A stretch of DNA of 64,000 nucleotides from a virus (lineage: Duplodnaviria > Caudoviricetes). The stretch covers positions 1 through 64,000 of IMG/VR virus record IMGVR_UViG_3300048803_000071, one strand, 5' to 3'. Shown in pieces: positions 58,966 through 64,000 of this stretch. Position numbers and translations under genes: made by a program. Under the pieces are notes generated by a model. It was not told the origin of the DNA and made no database searches. It saw only the letters and a list, made by a program, of their open reading frames with translations. How positions within the stretch are numbered: position 1 is the stretch's first letter; each line of letters begins with the position of its first letter.

Positions 58966-59749
58966 GTATCATTTTTAAAACCCTGTTTTTTTCATTGTGA
59001 AATTTTTGTCAATCAACTTCTTTTTTAAAAAATGTTTTCCCGCCTTTTTCGTTATTCCCTGTAAAATTTTCAATGTGACCGTTTTGTCATCTTATACTTT
59101 TTTCTATATTTTCCTATAAAATTTTTTATAATAATCCAAACAGGCTTTTTTTTCCTATAGATTTCTTAAAAAATTTTGTAACTCTATGTCTTTATTCTCA
59201 CATATACTCTGCCATTAGGGTGGTCGTGGGTGTCAACTGTTCCCCCTTAGCTCGTGGGCGGGGTGGTGGTGCTTTTTGTGGGTGCTTTGCCTTTCCTGTA
59301 ATGCGAATTATAGGAAAGTCAATATTGAGGGGTGGGCTTTGTGCGTGGGGTGGCCTGCGTGATGTTGTTTAATCTGCATCTATACGTTATGATTGAACAA
59401 ATTATTTTTTATCTTTCGGGTTTGGGGTTTGACTTGAGAAATAATAACGGAATTAAAATATAGCTTTAAAAAAGGGGTTTTTAAAAATGGGGGTTTTGTG
59501 GTGGGTTTGGTTGGTTGGTTATGCGTTCGGAATTAAAGAATTTTTGAATTGGTTATTTTTTGGGATTGTGTTTTTATATGATGAGTGATTAAAATAAGAA
59601 GTTTTATTTATGGTGTGTTTTGTTGTTGTGGTTGGTGTTGTTGTTATGGTGGTTATGTTATGAGTTGTGATATAAAGAGAATGTTTTCAAGTCTCCCCCT
59701 TCCCTCTGCTCTTATAGGGTTGGGGGGCTTGTGTCGTGTGCGTGGGTTG

Positions 59750-60079
59750 TTATTTCTCGAATTTTAAAAGGTTCTTGTTATCTTCAATGAATTTTTTAAT
59801 CTGTCCGCTTTCGTTTAAAAGTGTTACCCATTGAGAGGGGTATAAACTGACAGGAAAACGGGCGTTTATTCCATATACTGAGATTACTCCGCTCGGCTGA
59901 AGTTTTACGGCTTTGATATGGGGGGCGGTTTTTTGTGCCTGCGTTTGAATTGTTTCCTGTTGTTTCTTAATTACTTCTAAAAGTTGTTCAGTTGATAAGG
60001 TGCTTAAATCGTTGCTTGGTGCTGTTGTTGCTGTTGGTTCAAAAAAATTAACGGGATTAAATAAATTATTGCCTGCCAT
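59750..60079 (-). CDS. Hypothetical phage protein
   Basis: G-x-ISVYG...RFPVSLY-x-x-QW motif; strong SD sequence. Confidence 0.6.
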   Translation of the reverse strand: MAGNNLFNPVNFFEPTATTAPSNDLSTLSTEQLLEVIKKQQETIQTQAQKTAPHIKAVKLQPSGVISVYGINARFPVSLYPSQWVTLLNESGQIKKFIEDNKNLLKFEK

Positions 60080-60272
60080 TTGTTACTCTCCTTTTTAAGT
60101 TTGTTTTTTAAAGTTAATTAAAGATTATGATTCCTGTTATTATTGCTATCAATGAGACTATCCATATAATAACAACATCATAAGATTTTTTAATTTGTTC
60201 CATTTGTTAAACTCCTCTTTTGATTTCGGAATACAGTAATATAAATATTCGTGTGTGTTTCTTATCCGCTAA

Positions 60273-60881
60273 TTATTCGGAGATTGGAGTAATAAACGGA
60301 TTAATTACTTCTATCCAGGAGTTTAATTCGTTTGCATAAGCTCGGTATACTCTTAATCCTAAGTTATTACTTGCACTTAAGAAACTTCCATATAAGCTTG
60401 AGGTGTCCAATCTCCTGTAATGGTCGCTTAATATTCCCCTTACCTGTCCGTCAATCTCTCTCACTAATACTCTGTTTCTATCTGAATGGGTTGAATGTTC
60501 ATTCAAGATGTTAGATAAAAGTTTAATCTGCCATTCTTCCTTACTGTCACTCAAGGATTTAAGGTATCCTGCAAAGTTTGTGTTATTTGCTTTCAGCTTG
60601 TCCCCTGCTTGATAGATTGCGTTTGTATGCAAACTTAATTCTTTCGCTTTTAAATCTTCGCTGTCATATCCTACTCTCATCAATACTTGTTTCTTCTCTA
60701 AATCCGGTATAAAAGATAATTTCTTGTTACTTCCTAACTCAAGTATATAGTCATTTAATAAACTTCCCTCTTGTTCAATCCTGTTAATAAAGTGCTTGTT
60801 CTTTTCCATTTCTTGAGAAAGTTTCCTGTTAAGGATTTCTTCCTCTTTTGTTACTACTTCAATATTACTTTCTGTAAACAT
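60273..60881 (-). CDS. DUF932-like protein, possibly C-terminally truncated
   Basis: LVR...VRGILSDHYRRLD motif; ends shortly after it. Confidence 0.5.
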   Translation of the reverse strand: MFTESNIEVVTKEEEILNRKLSQEMEKNKHFINRIEQEGSLLNDYILELGSNKKLSFIPDLEKKQVLMRVGYDSEDLKAKELSLHTNAIYQAGDKLKANNTNFAGYLKSLSDSKEEWQIKLLSNILNEHSTHSDRNRVLVREIDGQVRGILSDHYRRLDTSSLYGSFLSASNNLGLRVYRAYANELNSWIEVINPFITPISE

Positions 60882-60918
60882 TAAACTCTCCTTTTTAAAT
60901 TTTTTGGAATACTGTAAA

Positions 60919-61497
60919 CTAATAATTCGTTTGTGTTTGGTGTGTCACTATGAATTCGTTTTTTTCGTTTGCTATGAAATAACCTATTAAGATTAACTCG
61001 TTATCTTCTGAAATAAGAAAATGGGAGTAATAGGAATTCTTACAAGGAATCTTTTCATCTAAACATTTCAAGTGTAAATAATGCTCTCTATTCTCCTGCA
61101 AACTATCTACCATAACAAGATAATTCTTTTGTTTATACTTGTTTGCAAGTTCAACAATCTTATTGCAAATGGTATCTTTACTGAATGTCAATGCTTCTCG
61201 TATTATTTCCATTTTACGCAATTCGTATAATTCCTTATCTTCGGGAAATACTATTTTCTTTATCTCTCCTTTTCTGATTAATTGTTTGTAGTCTCTTAAG
61301 CAAGGAATACCTGAAAAGAAACAATCGAATCCGTTTAATGAGAATAAGAACATTAACTCTATGTTTTCGGCTTGTGTATGTGGCTTGTTGTCTATTCTTA
61401 TTGGAATAGTTAATATTTCGTTTGGTTTGTATTCTCCTGTTTGTACTGTGTAGATTACATTTTTTGTTGCTGTGTCCATAAAGATTGAATATTTCAT
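60919..61497 (-). CDS. Hypothetical protein
   Basis: ORF with AAGGAG SD before MKYSIF. Confidence 0.5.
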   Translation of the reverse strand: MKYSIFMDTATKNVIYTVQTGEYKPNEILTIPIRIDNKPHTQAENIELMFLFSLNGFDCFFSGIPCLRDYKQLIRKGEIKKIVFPEDKELYELRKMEIIREALTFSKDTICNKIVELANKYKQKNYLVMVDSLQENREHYLHLKCLDEKIPCKNSYYSHFLISEDNELILIGYFIANEKNEFIVTHQTQTNY

Positions 61498-61526
61498 TTT
61501 TACTCTCCTTTTTGATTTCTGTAATA

Positions 61527-61560
61527 TAAAAAAAGGTCTGTGCATTTCTACACAAACCTT
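61527..61560 (-). terminator. Intrinsic terminator after the clamp gene
   Basis: AGGTTTGTG/CACAGACCT stem followed by a T-run on the minus strand. Confidence 0.75.
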
Positions 61561-61584
61561 TCATTTTCAAGGATAGGAGAGTTA

Positions 61585-63009
61585 TTAAGAAACTTTTACT
61601 TTTTTCTGTTTCTTATTGGTTTTCACTTTCTTTGTTTTGCTTGTCCTTTTCATCTTACCGCTTGGCGTTACTTCAATATGTTCTTTCTGTTCCTGTTCTT
61701 TCTGTTCCTGTTCTTCTTTGGTTACTTCTTCATCCGTGAATTCTGCATATTCTTTCTGTTCCTGTTCTTCTTCATTATGTGGCTCTTCAAATTCTGAATG
61801 CAGTTCATCAAGTATATCCGTTTTATTTTCATCCTGTCCGTCCTGTGGTTCTTCGGAGTGGTTTTCCTGTTCATTCTCTTGTTCTTTCTGTCCATTTCCA
61901 ACATCTACTCTTACCGGCATAATTAAGTATGTTAATATGCTATTGCAGGCAAGGAATGCTTGAGAAGGTGCTGTGAATTCAAAAGTCAACATTTCATCTT
62001 TGAAAAGGTTAAGCATTGCAAGTATATATTTTCCGTTCATTGCGAATTCGAAATTCTCTATTTCTGTCGGCTCTGGTGCTTCCTGCCCTTCTTCTGCTGT
62101 TGGAATGTATTTTGACCTGCAAGCAATTTTATCATAACTTGCAATTCCTTTTTCATTGTTCTCTGCTTTTAAGTATAGTTCACTCCCTGCTATTTCAAAT
62201 TTAATCCTGTGGCTTAATTCATCTGCACTTATTAATACTCCGTTTATAGCATTTATCCAGTCTTTCCTGTTAACTGATAATTCATAGATATGCTCTTTTG
62301 GAATAACGTTTTCATAGGTTGGGAATGAATCATCTATGCTTTTTGTATGAATAGATATTCCTTCCCCTTCCATATCTACTCTTCCATTTTCGTACGTTTT
62401 TATATCCATTGGTATCTCAAGACGTGCTAATATTCTCGATATCGTTTTCGGAAGTAAAATATCCCTGTCGATTTTTGTCCCTGCTTTGCAAACTACTAAC
62501 CTGAAGGCGTCCGTTCCTACAATATCACCGGTCTTTGATAATAATACTCCTGATAACTGTCGTCTTACTTCATCTGTTGATGAACAGGTTAATGCTCTTC
62601 CAATGTTGCTTACTGCTATCTTATCCAATGCATAATTATTTGTTTCTTCCCCTGCTTCTTCAAATTCCGGATAGTCTTCAAATGATTCTGTCTGTATGGT
62701 ATGAGAAACATTCCCTGCGGAGATATTAACGTATCTTCCTTGTTCTAATAACTGAAATTCTAAACTGTCCTGGTAAATATTCTCAAGGATAGTTTTTAAA
62801 TCTCGTGCTGTTAATAAAAATTTGATGTTATTTGCTGTTAACGGTGAAGATACTGTTATGAATGTCTCAAGGTCTGTCCCTGTTAAGTATAGAATGTTAT
62901 CTCTTACTTCAATCAATACCTTATCCAGTATAGGAAGGCTTGATTTAATCGGAATTACTAATAATACTTTGTTTAATAATTCCATAAATTTTTCTTTTAA
63001 AACTTGCAT
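61585..63009 (-). CDS. dnaN: DNA polymerase III beta sliding clamp with charged C-terminal extension
   Basis: PIL...GTDLE, R-x-x-L-x-GV, TDAFRL, FPTYENVIP and IMPVR motifs. Confidence 0.92.
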   Translation of the reverse strand: MQVLKEKFMELLNKVLLVIPIKSSLPILDKVLIEVRDNILYLTGTDLETFITVSSPLTANNIKFLLTARDLKTILENIYQDSLEFQLLEQGRYVNISAGNVSHTIQTESFEDYPEFEEAGEETNNYALDKIAVSNIGRALTCSSTDEVRRQLSGVLLSKTGDIVGTDAFRLVVCKAGTKIDRDILLPKTISRILARLEIPMDIKTYENGRVDMEGEGISIHTKSIDDSFPTYENVIPKEHIYELSVNRKDWINAINGVLISADELSHRIKFEIAGSELYLKAENNEKGIASYDKIACRSKYIPTAEEGQEAPEPTEIENFEFAMNGKYILAMLNLFKDEMLTFEFTAPSQAFLACNSILTYLIMPVRVDVGNGQKEQENEQENHSEEPQDGQDENKTDILDELHSEFEEPHNEEEQEQKEYAEFTDEEVTKEEQEQKEQEQKEHIEVTPSGKMKRTSKTKKVKTNKKQKKVKVS

Positions 63010-63067
63010 TTTTAACTCCTTTTTTTGATTTGATTTTTGGATTCGCTAATTTAATAAATCGTTTGTG

Positions 63068-63472
63068 TTACAATATTCGGATTTTAATATTTCGTATTGC
63101 ACTCCTGAATTCTTCACTTGCAGATTGCATAACTATTTCCCAGTCATACATAAGTCCCCCTTCTAATCCTTTCTTTATACTATGCTCGTGTTCATCAAAT
63201 ATTTCCTTTTTCTTCTCATCCGATAAGCTATTCCATATTTCTGTTTCTTCTTCATCCATTACTCCCAGTACATCATCAAGGCAAAATGATGTTTCCCATA
63301 TCTTCGGCTCGTATATCTCAATATTTGTTTCTTGTGTTAAGTTTGGAGTCTGTTTAATCCTATAGTCAAAATAATTGTATAAGGATTGTATATACTTTGA
63401 CATAAATTCCGGCTTTATATCCTTACCCTCTTCGTCAAAAGAGAATAAAGTTGTTGCTTTTATCTTTATCAT
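63068..63472 (-). CDS. Hypothetical acidic protein
   Basis: ORF with SD sequence. Confidence 0.5.
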   Translation of the reverse strand: MIKIKATTLFSFDEEGKDIKPEFMSKYIQSLYNYFDYRIKQTPNLTQETNIEIYEPKIWETSFCLDDVLGVMDEEETEIWNSLSDEKKKEIFDEHEHSIKKGLEGGLMYDWEIVMQSASEEFRSAIRNIKIRIL

Positions 63473-63651
63473 TTTTTCTTCCCCTTTCTATTTAGCATAT
63501 CTAAAATTTTATTTGCTATGCTTTTGGTTATGTTCTCTCTCCTCTTCCCCGTATGTATCATATTCTTAACTGTGATTATCCTTCCGTTCCCTGTTATTGT
63601 ATACTCGTCGCTGAAAGTCTCTTGACTTCTTTCAATTTCATAATTTGGCAT
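63469..63651 (-). CDS. Hypothetical protein
   Basis: Short ORF with AAGGAG SD. Confidence 0.45.
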   Translation of the reverse strand: MPNYEIERSQETFSDEYTITGNGRIITVKNMIHTGKRRENITKSIANKILDMLNRKGKKK

Positions 63652-63669
63652 AAATTACTCCTTCCGTTT

Positions 63670-63891
63670 TTAAATATAAATTATTTGAATTCCGTAATCA
63701 TTTTTCATTCCGAATACTATGTTATCCTCGTCGTATATCTTTATCTTTACTCTTTCTATTGTTGCTTCGGGGAACTGTTCCTTTATCTCATTAAAGGCAT
63801 CCAGTAACTCTCTTAAAGAAGGATTGTAATATTCGTTCTCATAATGGAATACTTTGCTTATCTCTAATGCGAATTCTTTTATACAACTCAT
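63670..63891 (-). CDS. Hypothetical protein
   Basis: Short ORF with AAGGAG SD. Confidence 0.45.
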   Translation of the reverse strand: MSCIKEFALEISKVFHYENEYYNPSLRELLDAFNEIKEQFPEATIERVKIKIYDEDNIVFGMKNDYGIQIIYI

Positions 63892-64000
63892 TTTTTCTCC
63901 TTTGCTTTTATTTAATAAAACAAGCGTAACAGTTTTTCGTGTTCCTGCCGTGAAGTCTGTAAGGTTCTACAGGATTTGTTAGGCTCGTGTTCATTCTACT

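Noticed and set aside
665-63807. Plus-strand ORFs in the track
   Set aside because: Almost all are antisense shadows of minus-strand genes or low-complexity sequence, with no recognisable motifs.
63915-64000. Possible structured ncRNA or ribozyme
   Set aside because: Short hairpins only, cut by the window edge, and no diagnostic core recognised.
1-64000. Alternative genetic code
   Set aside because: Long genes are intact under the standard code, and TAA, TAG and TGA all serve as stops.

Overview
A ~64 kb segment of a large contractile-tailed (myovirus) dsDNA phage or prophage. It is AT-rich and essentially all genes are on the minus strand. Read in the direction of transcription (64000 to 1) it contains: small early-type genes and a DNA polymerase III beta clamp; an ~840 bp non-coding region with a strand-composition switch; a complete diversity-generating retroelement (target/VR, TR, RT; no recognisable avd); tail-spike and lysis genes with three signal-peptide-bearing fibre-like paralogs; portal, HNH, three giant putative head-cargo proteins (ParB-like and Nudix domains), Mor/C-like activator, prohead protease, major capsid and neck genes; sheath, tube, frameshifted tail chaperone, an IscB (OMEGA) nuclease with omegaRNA, tape measure, hub lysin and baseplate, with a Zn-finger HNH and a tRNA-like element inserted; then holin/spanin-like genes and a PD-(D/E)XK nuclease. 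No large terminase or integrase is recognisable in the window. Signal peptides followed by Gln suggest a Bacteroidota/Ignavibacteriota-type host (inference). The most striking observation is the IscB. It shows no obvious transposon-end hairpins, and its predicted 16-nt guide is a synonymous variant (13/16) of the adjacent tape-measure gene. The phage's own copy differs at three wobble positions, and its TAM position reads ACGA rather than ATGA. This suggests a domesticated RNA-guided homing or anti-sibling nuclease. Product calls come from motif recognition and synteny only; no database searches were run.
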